A stretch of 64,000 nt of DNA from Podarcis bocagei (GCA_964188305.1 OZ076886.1); one strand, 5' to 3'. Positions 37,321 to 49,919 are shown, numbered from the stretch's first letter. The notes: generated by a model from the letters alone, not told the origin. Program-made: numbers and translations.

Positions 37321-38836
37321 TAGGATTAGGTAATTACCTTTTAAGAAAAAGACCAGCTAGGCTTGAAAGGCCTCAGCATGCTGCTGAGACAACAGCTCCT
37401 CTTCTTTAGTAAAGCCATCCAGCACCTGCCACAGTGATCTGTCCGGGGTCCTGACAGACCATGCTTTGTCTTGCCTGTTATGATTTGAGCAGCCTTTGTT
37501 TACCAGTAATTTGGCACATAATATGAAATGTGCTTACCTTCGGAAAGACATACCATTGTGATCTCCCTTGTTAGTCACTGGCTGCTAATTCTGGATTTGT
37601 TCATTTTTATTCCCCCACCCCAAGCTTCTGTCAGCTTCCGTCACCCTGGAAAAATCTGTCTCCAGGCCCTCCTTTCATCCACCGTGGCGGGGTTGATGCT
37701 GTCAGCCTTCTTGTCTTGTTTGCAGAAATCCTTGAAACACAAGAGTTGGTCTGCCAATGGGACTGGTGCCCGAAGCCATACAATAAAATTCAACATAAAA
37801 GGAACAACAAAAATACACTTAAAAATCCCCTAAATAATTTAAACAGTGATTTATTTGGGAGGGTGGAGAGAGACAGAGAACAACCAATTCTCATTGTAGT
37901 AATAATGAAAAGAAAAAACTTCCTAAACAACATATATTAATTATATAAATGAAAGTAATACAGAAGATTGTCTGTTGTCTTTCTACCTTGTATTCCAACT
38001 GTTCATAAAGACCAGCTACAGTTTTAAAAGTGGTTTGTTTATCAGCTGGGGGAGTTTTTGTTTTGAAAATGACAGAGAGAGAGCTCCAGCTGTGTATCTT
38101 ACAGGGAAGTAAATAGCCTCAATATGTTTACACAGCATGGGATACATGGGAATTTCTTGAAGGAGCCAGTCTAGTTTGTAGAACCATCCATAATCACTGG
38201 CCTGGTCAGCACGACATGTTAATGTTTAGCTATGATTTAATGCAAACTTTCCCACCCAGATCCCCCTTTTGCTTCTCTCCTGAATACAATGTCTGCTTGT
38301 GTTTTCCATGTCCTACTATATGTTTTACTTATTATGAAGCATGGTTACTGGGCTACATGAGAATCATGCAGAGTCTTTTTTAGTATCTGGTTACTTAATA
38401 CCAGTGTCAACAATGGGCCTGAAAGTATCAGACTCTGGGAAACAAATTTCCTGAAGTGCAAATTCCACTTGATATTTTGTCACACAGTTATACAGCATAT
38501 CATAATGTTTTAGGTGGTATGAGATGATATGAAAGTTCTGTAAGTGGTATTTGATGTTCATGTGTGCTAGTGATTACCTAATATTGCTGTCTTTAAGTGA
38601 TCAACATGCATATTGGAAACAGCCCCATAATCTTACAGGTGTCGAGAAGGAACTTTTTGGTTGCAAGCACAACAGAAACACTTGCCTGATCCTTTACCTT
38701 TTCCAGATTTTAAAAGAACATGTTGGTGGAGTGTTAAGATCCACTTTAAAACTGACTTTATATTTTATTGAGAACATTGGTATTTTATTTCCATTTTATG
38801 ACCTTGTATATTCTTAGTTGTTTTCTCTCATTTCAG

Positions 38837-38902
38837 CTGCCCAGTTGGATATTATGGGCTTCAGTATTGTCAAGAAATGCATTCATGCTGTTGAAACAAG
38901 AG
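38837..38902 (+). CDS. ARHGAP26: ARHGAP26 coding exon (start of RhoGAP domain; about human exon 13)
   Basis: Acceptor ttctctcatttcag|CT, donor AGAG|gtaatg. Encodes (T)AQLDIMGFSIVKKCIHAVETR(G). 66 nt, phase 1 to 1. Confidence 0.95.
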
Positions 38903-39754
38903 GTAATGGGGACCACCAGATATTCTTCTTTATAGTTTGAAGTCCTGTTCCCAAATATCAGCCTTTCTAGCACTTGTATAAAGAAGTCACCTTTCTTAGA
39001 TTTCTCTCCATCCTTAGCTTGCTCAGTTTTGACAGTTGCCTATTTTACACACACATTTTCATGATTGCTTGTATTTTGCTAGGATCCAGAACCTACTTAT
39101 ATACATACATCTTTGTTAAGTTTTCTGATCTGCTGCCAACAGATTTGTATGTATTCATAATCTTCTATAGGTTTTAAAAGGACTTGTTGATCCATAGTTT
39201 AAATAATGTATTACTAGAAGACCACATTCATATTTGATACCGAGGTAGTAACACAGGTATCCGATGTGTTTAACAAAAATTGTCTTAACAGCATTGGTCT
39301 TGATTAAATGAATATGTTAAATAGGAAATACCTATTCTCTGAATCTTTATTATTCAGCTATGTAACCAAACTTGTGCCTATTAAAAAAGTTGAGATGTCC
39401 CTTATACGATTGTGGGTGCAAGAGATCACGCCTCACCCCCATTAGATTTTAACTTGATGGGACGTGTCCCATTCTTCGCATTCTCCTGCTGCTGACTGAT
39501 GTGAGAGACTAAATTCTTCTTGAAACACTTTGCTGGTATGCAGAACTTCTACCCTGTGTAGAAAACCTATACATTAAAGGGGTGGGGAACCCCATGAACT
39601 ATCCCCCTCCCCCAATAAGCAGCCTTGAAAGTGATTGTGGAGCTGTGAGGGCAATTTAATTAATGTTACTATTGGAGATACTTTATTTTAAAATAAACAT
39701 TAAATTTATTTTTACCATTTTACTAATTTAAATAAAATATGTTCTCCCTCTTAG

Positions 39755-39829
39755 GGATCCATGAGCAAGGACTCTATAGAGTGGTTGGTGTCAACTCCAG
39801 AGTTCAAAAGCTATTGAGTATTTTAATGG
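39755..39829 (+). CDS. ARHGAP26: ARHGAP26 coding exon with the catalytic arginine finger (about human exon 14)
   Basis: Acceptor ttctccctcttag|GG, donor ATGG|gtaagt. Encodes (G)IHEQGLYRVVGVNSRVQKLLSILM(D), with the GLYR arginine codon at 39778-39780. 75 nt. Confidence 0.97.
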
Positions 39830-40284
39830 GTAAGTACATTTTGAAGAAAGCAGTTTGCAATTTTTCTTTGACACCAAGTGTGATGGTAGATGCTTTTAAT
39901 GAGGAACTGAGACCATCTGCTGTGAAAAGAAATGGTGATTTATTTTTTTTAGTATTGTGTGAAACCCTCCCTGGAGTGGAATTTTCAGTCATAGAAATAA
40001 TGTAAATCTTTAACTTGTAAAGCATCATTACAGTTTCTGCTTAAGTTTACATATCTCTCTGCCTCCCCACCCAAATCAAACCTTTGGATCCCTTTTAGTA
40101 TTTATTCCTGAATGAGAACTATGCATGTTCTCAGGCTTCTGGATTTAGTATTTCCTTTTCCATGTTTCCTTCCTCATCTTGTGCTTACCTGTGTTTGTGT
40201 TTGTGTTGTGTATTGCTGTATTGTGTTGTTTGTATTGAAACCCCCCCTTCTATTTCAAGCCTTACAAAAATCTAGCAAAATTCT

Positions 40285-40392
40285 TACGTTTATATCCTGC
40301 TTTTCTTCTACCCTGGGACCCAAAGCAGCATAAATGTGGTTCCCAGGTGGTCACCCATCCAAGTACTGATTCGGACCTGCCTAGGTTTGGCC
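40285..40392 (-). mobile_element. 5S rRNA-derived SINE copy
   Basis: The reverse complement contains cagtacttggatgggtgaccacctgggaa (5S intermediate element and box C), followed by the same tail as 2465-2530. Confidence 0.7.
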
Positions 40393-41074
40393 ATATAAGG
40401 TTAATATGTTTGCTCTAGCAGCCCAGCACATTAGACAAAATTTTATCATCCAAAATGGGGTTCAGTGTGCTGAGAATCACCTATGCTAAAATGTATCTCT
40501 CAACTGGATTATGCCTGTATATTTGTTATGACCAATGACTCTTTAAAACTGAAGGCTTACTGACTGTTTTAGGTAATGTTGATTGTGGAGGTCCAGAGAA
40601 GAAAAGCTTTGCAAAGGAGGTATTGAGAAGGAATGATGGAGATAAGGAGTTCGAGATATATAGCAAAGCATCAAGGATGGAGGCAGAGTAGGCTGACAAC
40701 AGATAACCTTAACTGAGAAGAAGGCAAGAGGAGGAAATAAAGGAAGATGTAGGTGGAGATACGGTCAGTAGAGAAGCTTTAAAAGTGAGAAATAGAAAAA
40801 GTACTGGCCTGTCACTTCACAATAACTTGACACAAAATAATTGTTCTTCCTTTTACACTGGGGAAAAATCAGAGGTTGCAAGGTTCAGAACTTCAGTTGA
40901 TGGACAGTGTCAACATCCTATACAGATGTTTAGGAAATTATACTGATTGCTTTAGCAGAGGCTCATGAATCTGCTGATGAGTGGGAAATGTGAAAATAGA
41001 AATAGAAGGTTTCAGTGGCCTTACAAGAGTCTGAGATGATGGACAATGGTTTTTAGCATTGGGTACATTTAGAG

Positions 41075-41397
41075 CAGGGGTCAGCAACCTTTTTCAACTG
41101 TGGGCCGGTCCACCGTCCCTCAGACCATGTGGTGGGCCAGACTATGTTTTTTGGGGGGGGGGAATGAACGAATTCCTGTGCTCCACAAATAACCCAGAGA
41201 TGCATTTTAAATAAAAGCACAATTCTACTCATGTAAAAACACCAGGCAGGCCCCACAAATAACTCAGAGATGCATTTTAAATAAAAGGACACATTCTACT
41301 CATGTAAAAACATGCTGATTCCTGGACCGTCTGCAGTCCGGATTGAGAAGGCAATTGGGCTGCATCTGGCCTACGGGCCTTAGGTTGCCTACCCCTG
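41075..41397. mobile_element. hAT (Charlie-like) MITE with perfect 8-bp TSD
   Basis: TIRs CAGGGGTCAGCAACCT / AGGTTGCCTACCCCTG. TSD atttagag at 41067-41074 and 41398-41405. Internal direct repeat of about 59 bp (41183-41241, 41253-41312). Confidence 0.92.
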
Positions 41398-41507
41398 ATT
41401 TAGAGAGAAGAAAAATGACCCTGGAGATGTTGAAGAGCCAGAAGTGGCAGGAATAGGTCATTACATGGACGTGGGAAAATATTGTCACATGAGTAGCATG
41501 AACAAAA

Positions 41508-41832
41508 GAGACCCTAGGGAGTTGCTACCAGTCAGTGTTGATCAGCCGTGGCTAGAAGGTAAATTGGTAGATCTCTGGATGACTTGTAGTAAATCGCCAA
41601 TTGGCTGTAATGCCAAAACTGCCATTTTGCATCTGACTCCTTCTCTTGCTACACCACCACCAATATTTTGCACCTGGTTCTAACCAGTAGAGCTTGGAGC
41701 TCTGGTAAAAAAAACCTACAACCCAACAAAATAGATCCCACAAGCCTGAGGTTTGCCTTTCTCAGGAGTAGATAACACTGGACTAGACAGGCCCAGTGAT
41801 CTGACATGCAATAAAGCAGCTTCCTGTGTTCA
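41508..41832 (+). mobile_element. Squam3-like SINE 3' half split by a decayed hAT MITE (41543-41765)
   Basis: SINE body gttgctaccagtcagtgttgat ... gagtagataacactggactagacaggccc...gcagcttcctgtgttc. The insert is flanked by degenerate 8-bp repeats gtgttgat / gagtagat. Confidence 0.6.
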
Positions 41833-43632
41833 GCATTGCATTTCAGTGTACCTGTGCTATAATTACTATGGGGTCTGGAAAGTGGCTACCCAATTGTCTA
41901 TGTGTTCCATTCAGTGAACAAAGTTTTGCATAAGCAGCATCTTCAGAATGGAGACCCTTCACTTCCCACCTTCTCTTCAAGTTTCCCCACTGTTCACGTC
42001 AGAATCTGGGAGCAAATGAGACAGATTTTTATTCACAACTTCAGACCTATATTTAGAAACAGATGTGGCTAGTGTGACAGGTTTACATATAATTTAAATG
42101 GCAGCTGGATCAGGTTTCAGCAAACTACGGCTAATATTGAAAGTGACAGTGCCATAAGAGTTTATGGAGTGACGTTTCTGTATTAAACAGGAAGCACTAT
42201 ACAGTTGATGTGGCTTGAACCTGGAGCCCTCTGTGGATAGTGTTGCATGAGCAGCAGCTGTGAGAGGGCTTGCTGCAGATATCCTGTGCGATTTTGAAAG
42301 TTGGTGTCAGCTTCCCTGCTGCAAAATGCAGAATTATTATTCCCTGTGAGACTTTCCTTGTGCAGTGTCTAGTCTGTAAATTTTTACTAGGAACTAAACA
42401 AAAGCAATGCTTTCTACAACCATCTTCACCAGGTGTATGCTTGAAGGACAGTTGTTTAGTATGTGGAGTGAGTCATAATCCTGCTCATTCTCGTAAGAAC
42501 CTGTTCCTTCAGTTGTGTTGCCATGGAATGAGGACTGTCAACGTGCCGCAGAACAGAACGCAGTCTTATAAAGGAAGCCTCCCATGGACTTTCAGTAGCT
42601 TAGAAGTTTTAGGCTGAAATCCTGTGCACACTTACATGGTAGTAAATCCCACTGAACTCAAGGACTTTTGAGTTGACATGTAAAATTGCATTACCAGCCA
42701 CATAATGAATTAAATTAGAAAGTCCAGCTCTTCAACTATTTAGATAACTGTGTCTTGCTTAGGAATAAAGGCAATGAATGTGTCCCCTTTTTTTAAACCA
42801 AGTGTTAGTTTTACTCTGAACAAAGGCAACTCTTGTTTTTAGCTTAGCGCACGCGGAAGACATTTTATTGTGTTCTGCGGTCAGCTTTAAGCAGTCTTCA
42901 CCTCCATCATGGTTAAGCCAACATTCTAAATCAGAATCCATAAACCACTAGTGAGCCAAGAAACCACAACATTAGGATTGGCTGGTACCTTCTGAGAAGC
43001 GTAATAGGTGGCTTAGAAAATGTGTTTTGTGTAGGTTCAGTTTTTTGTTTAGGAGAAGCAAGGTTGAATGCAGGGAATTAAGAGTAAGAATGAAGGGCAG
43101 TAGCATGAGCAGGGAAGCAGGCACACCAGGCTTTCTCAGAATATAGTTTTCTCTATGCTTTCCACTTTCTCCATAGAGTTGTATGAAGTGGTAGGGAACC
43201 AGGGGACTCATCATGCAATATATTTTGGGCAGTTAAAAATATAGCATGAATGCTGCAGATCTGTAAAAGCATGATCTCCTTATGAGTAACAGGGAGTTAT
43301 GACCATTTCCAGAGCCTATCTGACTGCACAAATTAAGGTTGTTGCTATATGGTGTATATAGCAGCTTGTTAGAAGTGTTTGTGAAGCCAGACCTGTTTTT
43401 GTTCTGTTGCTTTTAAGTGCCACTTCTGGTGGTTCTCCTGCTTAGTGAAGTGACTGTCTTCAAATTCATAGGTTTCCTCTCTGACATGGCAAATGGTGGA
43501 CATGAGCAGTCAAGGTGCTCATCAAGGATGGTGTGGACCAAAAACCTGGCAGCAGCACTGCCATATAGCCTGGTGCCAGGCAGTGAACAGCCTTGAAACT
43601 GCTCTGGTCTGTGGTCCAGAGCCCACAACTTA

Positions 43633-43853
43633 CAGGGGTACCTTGGGTTAAGTACTTAATTTGTTCCGGAGGTCCGTTCTTAACCTGAAACTGTTCTTAA
43701 CCTGAAGCACCACTTTAGCTAATGGGGCATCCCGCTGCCGCCGCACGATTTCTGTTCTCATCCTGAAGCAAAGTTCTTAACCCAAGGTACTATTTCTGAG
43801 TTAGCGGAGTCTGTAACCTGAAGCGTTTGTAAGGTATCACTGAGGTACCACTG
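43633..43853. mobile_element. Tc1/mariner (pogo/Tigger-like) MITE, second family
   Basis: TA|CAGGGGTACCTTGGGTTAAG ... TGAGGTACCACTG|TA, with repeated internal taacctgaa motifs. Confidence 0.85.
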
Positions 43854-44103
43854 TATATACATTCTCCTTTTACGTGGTCAGTGTTTGGAGGAGAAAATGA
43901 AGCAAATACCAAGGGATCATAGTGATTTCTGCTGCTATGCGCTATTTCCTGAACTAGCAGTGTTTCTTTTCAGTCCCCAAACCCTCTCTTGTAGCACATT
44001 TTTTGAAAAATGTAATAATATGATCCTTGTTAATGGTGACCAAAGAGACATGTCCATTAAGGGAAGAGCAAACTCTGTAAAGAGCCATGCTCATATATAC
44101 GTG

Positions 44104-44152
44104 AGAGGAGAGGAGAGGAGAGGAGAGGAGAGGAGAGGAGAGGAGAGGAGAG
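44104..44152. repeat. (GAGGA)n pentanucleotide repeat followed by a G-run
   Basis: Read directly. Confidence 0.92.
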
Positions 44153-46054
44153 AAGTGGGGGGGGGGGGGAGAAAAAGATATTCTGAAATATGTACCACGA
44201 GGAGGAAAGGCAAGTGGATGACTGAAAATGAACTTTAAATCAAGCTGCTCACAATGATACAACCACTGAAAGCCTGTATGTAATTGGAAATCCACTTCTC
44301 TGCATGGACACAATGAGAGAGAGAAGGGGGGGGCATTAAATCCTTTTGTTTCTGTCTTTCACACACGTATTCCAGTATGACTAAAAAGTGCTTTAAATTA
44401 CCCATGTGAAATTGATCAAAGGGACAATAAGGAAATGTGAGAATATTGGTTAATGCATGTGAATGTGCACCATTGATCTCCATCATTGCTTCTTATTCAG
44501 GTTAACCTCAAAGGGAAACTCAAGCTATTCCATGCTGCAGCTATGCAGACATTTGTAAGCTATGGATTCCCTCTGGCTGTGTTTGTGCCAGTTAGACCAA
44601 GCGGCATTTCTGTTTCTCTTCTGCCTGAAGGGAAGTGCTGGAAGGTGGCCATTCACCACAGCACAGCTAGGAGGGGATCATCAGGGAAAACATGCATGCT
44701 CATTTGAAAGACTTAGGTCTCTGTGATTTGGTCAAAGGTTTGGTTCTGCAGTAGTTTGTCCACTCTTTCCTAACTACTTTAATGGAACCTCTGAATGCCT
44801 GTTCTTTCATGGTGGCTTGTTCAAGAACATTTGTACTTGGTCCTCATAAGCGTTTAAAAATAAAACTGGGTTGGGGGGGCAATCTGTTGACTGGCTCTTG
44901 GCGCTGCCCCACAGGAGATATGGCCTTTAGTTTTGGAAACTTGGTGGAGGGAATCCAATGACTGTTTGCTTAACTCAGATGAGTTCCAAGCCCATCTGAG
45001 GCTGGAAAAATGACTCCTGTCTCCCAGCATCATTTTTTGTGGATGCAGCCTCAAAATGCATGCTCCTGTGCAAATGGATGCAGATAATACTCTAATTTCT
45101 TTTGCACAGGGGCTGCTTCTTAGGCTACACTCTGAAAACCACAGCTGGGGAGCAAGAACCCACCTCCTGTAGAGGACCCTTGGGGTAAAAGGAATACCCT
45201 GGGATGAAGTGGATTTTATTGCCCTCCAGCTGTAGTTTTTCCAGTCACAGCCTTTCAAAATAGGTAAGCCAGGAAGTCTTCTCCAGGTTGATTTTAATTC
45301 CAGGTGGAGAAATATGCAAGGGCTATTAAATTTCTTTTCGCCTTTGAGACCAACATAATCAAGCCTTTGAAGTTCTGCGCCTGAGCTTACAGAACTTTGG
45401 GAACATTGGTGCTTTAACAGTAATGGTTACTTATGGCAATGAAGTCTTTGCCTTCGATTGGCTGAGCTGCTGTGGCAGTTAGAAAGTACTGTGCCAAAGT
45501 CATATAGATAGTCCCTGTGTCCAGATTTAGCATCTAAATCAGGCAAGAGAGGTGAGAATTTTTATTTATAAAATCAGATAAATAGAAAATAGAGGTTTAG
45601 GCATGAGTCCAAAAGAGAAGAACCAAGGGGAAGTGCATGTGCAGGAGAAACTGAACAGCATTTCAAAAATAAAATAAAAAATAGAATGAATGCACATTTG
45701 CGAGGCGGAGAAGAGAAGGGAATTCAATCCGTAGCTTTATAACTGCATGGGGAGTTTAACCTATGCCTCTCCTACCCAAGCCAATAATCTAACTACTCCC
45801 TAAAGATGGTGTATGTGTGGTTTCAACTATAACACACAGATAACTCAATTGAGAGCCACAGCATGGTGCTAAACATTGGCTTGTGAGGCTTATTCAACAC
45901 CTGAGCTGAGCTAATATGTGGACGCAAGTGACTAGCCCACACATATGTTTGGAACACAACATAGATTTGCACCTTACCTCTCCCCTGCTCCCCAGCAAAA
46001 CACTGGGGCCAAAAGAGAAGATCGGAAGACTTCAGTGTGCTTTCACTGAGAGTA

Positions 46055-46245
46055 AGGACTATTGCTCGGTGGTAGAGCACATGCTTTGCATGTAGAAGGT
46101 ACCAGGTTCCATCCCTAGTAACTCCAATTGAGAATTAGCAGGTGATGCAAAAGACCTTCTCTGCCTTTGTCCCTGGAGAGCCACTGCCATCAGAGTAGAA
46201 CATACTGGGCACAATGGACAAATTGCTGATTTAAGACAGCTTTGG
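46055..46245 (+). mobile_element. tRNA(Ala)-derived lizard SINE (Squam3-like)
   Basis: Head aggactattgctcggtggtagagcacatgctttgcatgtagaaggtaccaggttccatccc resembles tRNA-Ala(TGC). Body ccctggagagccactgccatcagagtagaacatactg. Confidence 0.78.
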
Positions 46246-48475
46246 GTTACATGTATTACTGAGAAGGGCAAGGGAGAAAGGGATAGCAACCCACCCAGGA
46301 GGTGTTTGGGTTCAGAGCGTACAGTGATTGGAGGGGAGGGTGAGTGTAGAAAAAGGGTAGAGATAAAATAATGCAACTGCTGTGGAATCTAGTCTTCAAG
46401 GCTCATGATCTTTTGTAATTCCTTATCTAATAGATAAACTGATACTGAATCAGAAACTTGCACCCCCATTTTTATATTACATTGCACAAAGTGTGAAATG
46501 AATTTCTTGGACCAAGTATATTTCTTGTTGGTTTGAAATCCTCTGATTTAAAACAGGATTCTGTGATTTTTTGTGTGTGCCATTAAACACCACGTAAATA
46601 ATGCTAGTTTTGGCCTTAATATTTGTTTACCCAGTCAAAGCACTGATTTGTTCTTTAATCAATATATTTGTGTGATGGCATGAGTGTTTGTGTTGGCAAT
46701 GAAAGCCAGCATGGGTAAGGAAATTCTTACTAAGTTTCTATCCACCCAATGACTTCAGGTTTTATTTGTTTTCCGAAATGCTTGAGAATGAGAATAGCCA
46801 AGTGCTCAGCCTGTTGGGAAGATCTGTTCTGAGGTGTGGTGACTGGCAGGCTGTGCTGAAAACGAGATTGTTTAGGAGATTCCCTGAGACTGGGAGCAAG
46901 AAGAAGAAATCTATTTTAAATGGATAGGTTTAAACACACACAAACAGTTGTGTTTTCCAGCAGCTTTGAGTAATTTCTCTTTCTCTCCCTCTACTTGTAT
47001 ATGGCTGTTTTGTGAATCTGAAAAGCTGACTTACGGGCAAAATGGCAAGTCTTTGAGAGCTTCCCCTGCTTTGGCTCCTCTAGTTCACAACACTTCCTTG
47101 AAGCTGTCTGGAGCTTATAAAATTAGATTTCTCTGAAATTTTGGCACTTTTAACTGAGATTTGGCATTGCCCCCAAACTTTTCCACATTCATGGTTGGAA
47201 GAGCTAACCTGACTTTGGAGTGGAGAAGAACTTTAAAAATAAAGAAGCCACGGACAGGCTCCAAGGATATAAACTGGCAAAAAGAAAGAACACCACAGAA
47301 TGCAAGGGCATCGAAAGGCAAGGAGGAGAAAAATAAAGTTAAATTAGACATCTAGAAGCCAACAGCTGCCCAGCCCATTCTGGCTTTTTAAAGTGTGTTG
47401 TGCAATAAGTTGAAACAGGCTAGCTGAATTTATTTAGGTAAGTATTTAGCTCTCTGCATTCACTTACCACTATCCTCTTAAGCCCATTCACCACTAAAAT
47501 GTATGATTTCTCTCCTTCCTTTGCGTATACTTCAGCATGACTGGCCAAGATAAAGTCATTTGGCCTCAATCCTCCTTGCTCTTGAACGCTACTTAGCAGG
47601 TCTCCTGAGGCTCTTTGCAGATGTTTCTGTTTTGCAAGCCAGTGGGAACCTCATGAGCACAATTTCCTTGCCTTCTAGCAGCAAATGTCAGTCTGGCAGG
47701 AGTGCTTATCTGGCGAAAGGTTTCTGAAGTTGTGAGCTTAAGGTCTACCGGGTCAAGCAGCTCAGCGGATAATTTGCTGACACACTGCTGTGCCAAAGTC
47801 CCATTATACGGCACTGTGTGAGAACTTCATTTTCTCCTTTGCAATCCAAACAAAATGTAGCTGCTGGATTTAGTGGCTATAGAGAGTGTGTGTATGTCTA
47901 TCTTTGTTTTTTATTTTTATTTTTGCAAGGATGAGTCTAGCATGGTTTCTGCCCTGGGCAAGCATACAAGTACACATGCCAGTCTGCCAGAAGTGAGTCA
48001 CCCACAAGCTGTTTCACATAAGTCGACACAGTGCAGCCACACTACCTATAATTATTAGTAGAAAAAAATGCCTGCCGTTATGACAGGCAGGGCATATGTG
48101 GAGAGTGAGCTTGTATTTCACACACTCAGCTCCCAGGGATTCCCTGCCAGTGGGGGCTGCTGGACCATCAAGCCAGAGGCATGATGAGCACTCTTTGCTA
48201 CTACTGCAGTGTAATCCCCCAAGCACAGTGCTTCATTTGCTTCCAGCAACTATGGGCAGTCATTTTAACCAAAATCTGTATCCATATCTACGCTACTCAA
48301 CAGTTATTTATATGCATGCCCCTTTATTGTCTGGTAAGTGTTTTCATTAGACCACAATATGGTTTAAATGCATTGTCTGCCTAAAATGAGTTCTAAAAAA
48401 TCTTGAATCATGTGTGGTCCCTGTAACCTGTAACCACACACCCCTTTCTATATCTGTGCATATGCTGGTTGTATT

Positions 48476-48618
48476 CAGCCTTCCCTAGTTTGGTGCCCTC
48501 CATATGTTTTTGAACTCTAAATCCTTTGATCCCCAGTTATCATGGCCAGTCGTCTGGGATGATGAGAGTTGTAGTCCTCCAACACTGGGGTTTGGGGCAA
48601 CATGCTAGGGAAGGCTGG
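48476..48618. mobile_element. MER5/Charlie-like palindromic hAT MITE
   Basis: Ends cagccttccctag ... ctagggaaggctg are perfectly inverted. Internal gagttgtagtcc. Confidence 0.75.
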
Positions 48619-49000
48619 TGTATCAGATATGGATTTTCATGGCATAAACTTCACCATTCCAAGGACCAAGGCACTGGTCAGGGTTTTCTTTGTTTACCCA
48701 TATATCACAATATCCCACAAGTACTATACAATTTGGTATTGCACTGCATCCTATTTATTGAGAGGTAGGGCAGTAGGATTTTCACAAAAGTGACTGTCTG
48801 ATTCCACTTATGTGATTTATTATCTCTGTGTTAAGTTTTACAAGCCCTTAATTTGTATGTGTGGCACATATAAATTATATGCATGTTGCACAGCCAAAAT
48901 GATGTTGCTCCTGCTTTTCTGGTGCAGCAATAAAACTGCTAGCACATTTGTAAAGTTAGCAGGGTCCGGTATGGTTTCAAATTGGATGGGGAACTGCTTG

Positions 49001-49075
49001 TTGAGATTCCAGCATTTCAGGGGTTGGACTAGATGACCTCTGGGGTGCCTTCCAACTCTACATTTCTGTGATTCT
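49001..49075 (+). mobile_element. CR1 3' terminus
   Basis: ggggttggactagatgacctctggggtgccttccaactctacatttctgtgattct is the canonical CR1 3' stem-loop plus ATTCTRTG-type tail. Confidence 0.8.
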
Positions 49076-49487
49076 CATCCTCAAACTGATGGCAACACTT
49101 CCCCTTGTTGCTGAGTGTCTGCAAACCATTGATGCCAGATAGTGGCGATTTTGCTCATTTGGCAATGACATACTGTGGTTTTATCAGCCTCTTCAAGAAG
49201 AGATTCATGATCCCCTCTTGTCCAGTATCTTTCATGGACAATGCCCAGACAGATGAGGAAACAAACAAATCAGTCCACCCCTGCCTCTCATCCTGCAAAG
49301 ACTTTGCATGGTAACAATTGACGTCCTTTCAGTTGCATCTGTTTGCTCCTAGGGGCAGCAGAGCAGCACTATCCTATTGTGAAGTTGCAGCAGGAAGACT
49401 GTGTGGGCATTGCAGAAAATCAGGTTAAGTCTATGGTGGATAATGAATGTTGTTGTTTTTCCTACCTTTCCATTTCTCTCTCCTTAG

Positions 49488-49572
49488 ATCCCAAATCCGC
49501 TGAAACAGAAGATGACATCTGTGCTGAGTGGGAGATTAAAACAATCACCAGTGCACTGAAAACATACTTAAG
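49488..49572 (+). CDS. ARHGAP26: ARHGAP26 coding exon (RhoGAP; about human exon 15)
   Basis: Long polypyrimidine acceptor ctctccttag|AT, donor AG|gtgagt. Encodes (D)PKSAETEDDICAEWEIKTITSALKTYL(R). 85 nt, phase 1 to 2. Confidence 0.97.
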
Positions 49573-49784
49573 GTGAGTGTGGTAGTTTTCTGGTGGCTTC
49601 CACACATCCATACCTATCTCCTGCTTGACTTTATCTTTTTTACTTTCCATGAGTAGGAGCCCTTAGTCTCCCTGCTCAGGATTTGCTTCCCTGGCTGATT
49701 CCCTCCTTAGATGCTTGTGCCACGATCTGAGTAGAGCAGAGTTCCATGGGGTTCCCAACCCTGCAATTCCCTCCTAATGCTGGT

Positions 49785-49919
49785 GGCTGCCTTAAGACAA
49801 GTCACATAATTTGACCCATCTAGCTTAGTATTTTCTACAGTGCCTGGCCGCAGCTGGCCAGGGTTTCTGACAGACCTGCATAGAGATGCCAGGGATCAAA
49901 CCCAAGGCCTTCTGCTGCA
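49785..49919 (-). mobile_element. Squam3-like SINE, antisense copy
   Basis: ggctgccttaa...ccatctagcttagtattttctac...gagatgccagggatcaaacccaaggccttctgc is the reverse complement of the 17024/46055 family. Another antisense fragment lies at about 30505-30568. Confidence 0.65.

Noticed and set aside
39739-40005. 88-aa ORF as an independent CDS
   Set aside because: Only 39755-39829 matches GRAF1. The rest is intronic read-through past a consensus donor.
40340-40369. 5S rRNA gene
   Set aside because: Partial and diverged, joined to a repeat tail. It is a SINE head rather than an rRNA gene.
46055-46127. tRNA-Ala gene
   Set aside because: The stems are degenerate and the sequence continues into a SINE body found in several copies.
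47161-47355. Lys/Arg-rich ORF
   Set aside because: Purine-rich low-complexity sequence with no homology to GRAF1 and no convincing splice sites.
49343-49576. 77-aa ORF
   Set aside because: Only its 3' 85 nt is the real exon. The apparent stop is the TGA within the gtgagt donor.
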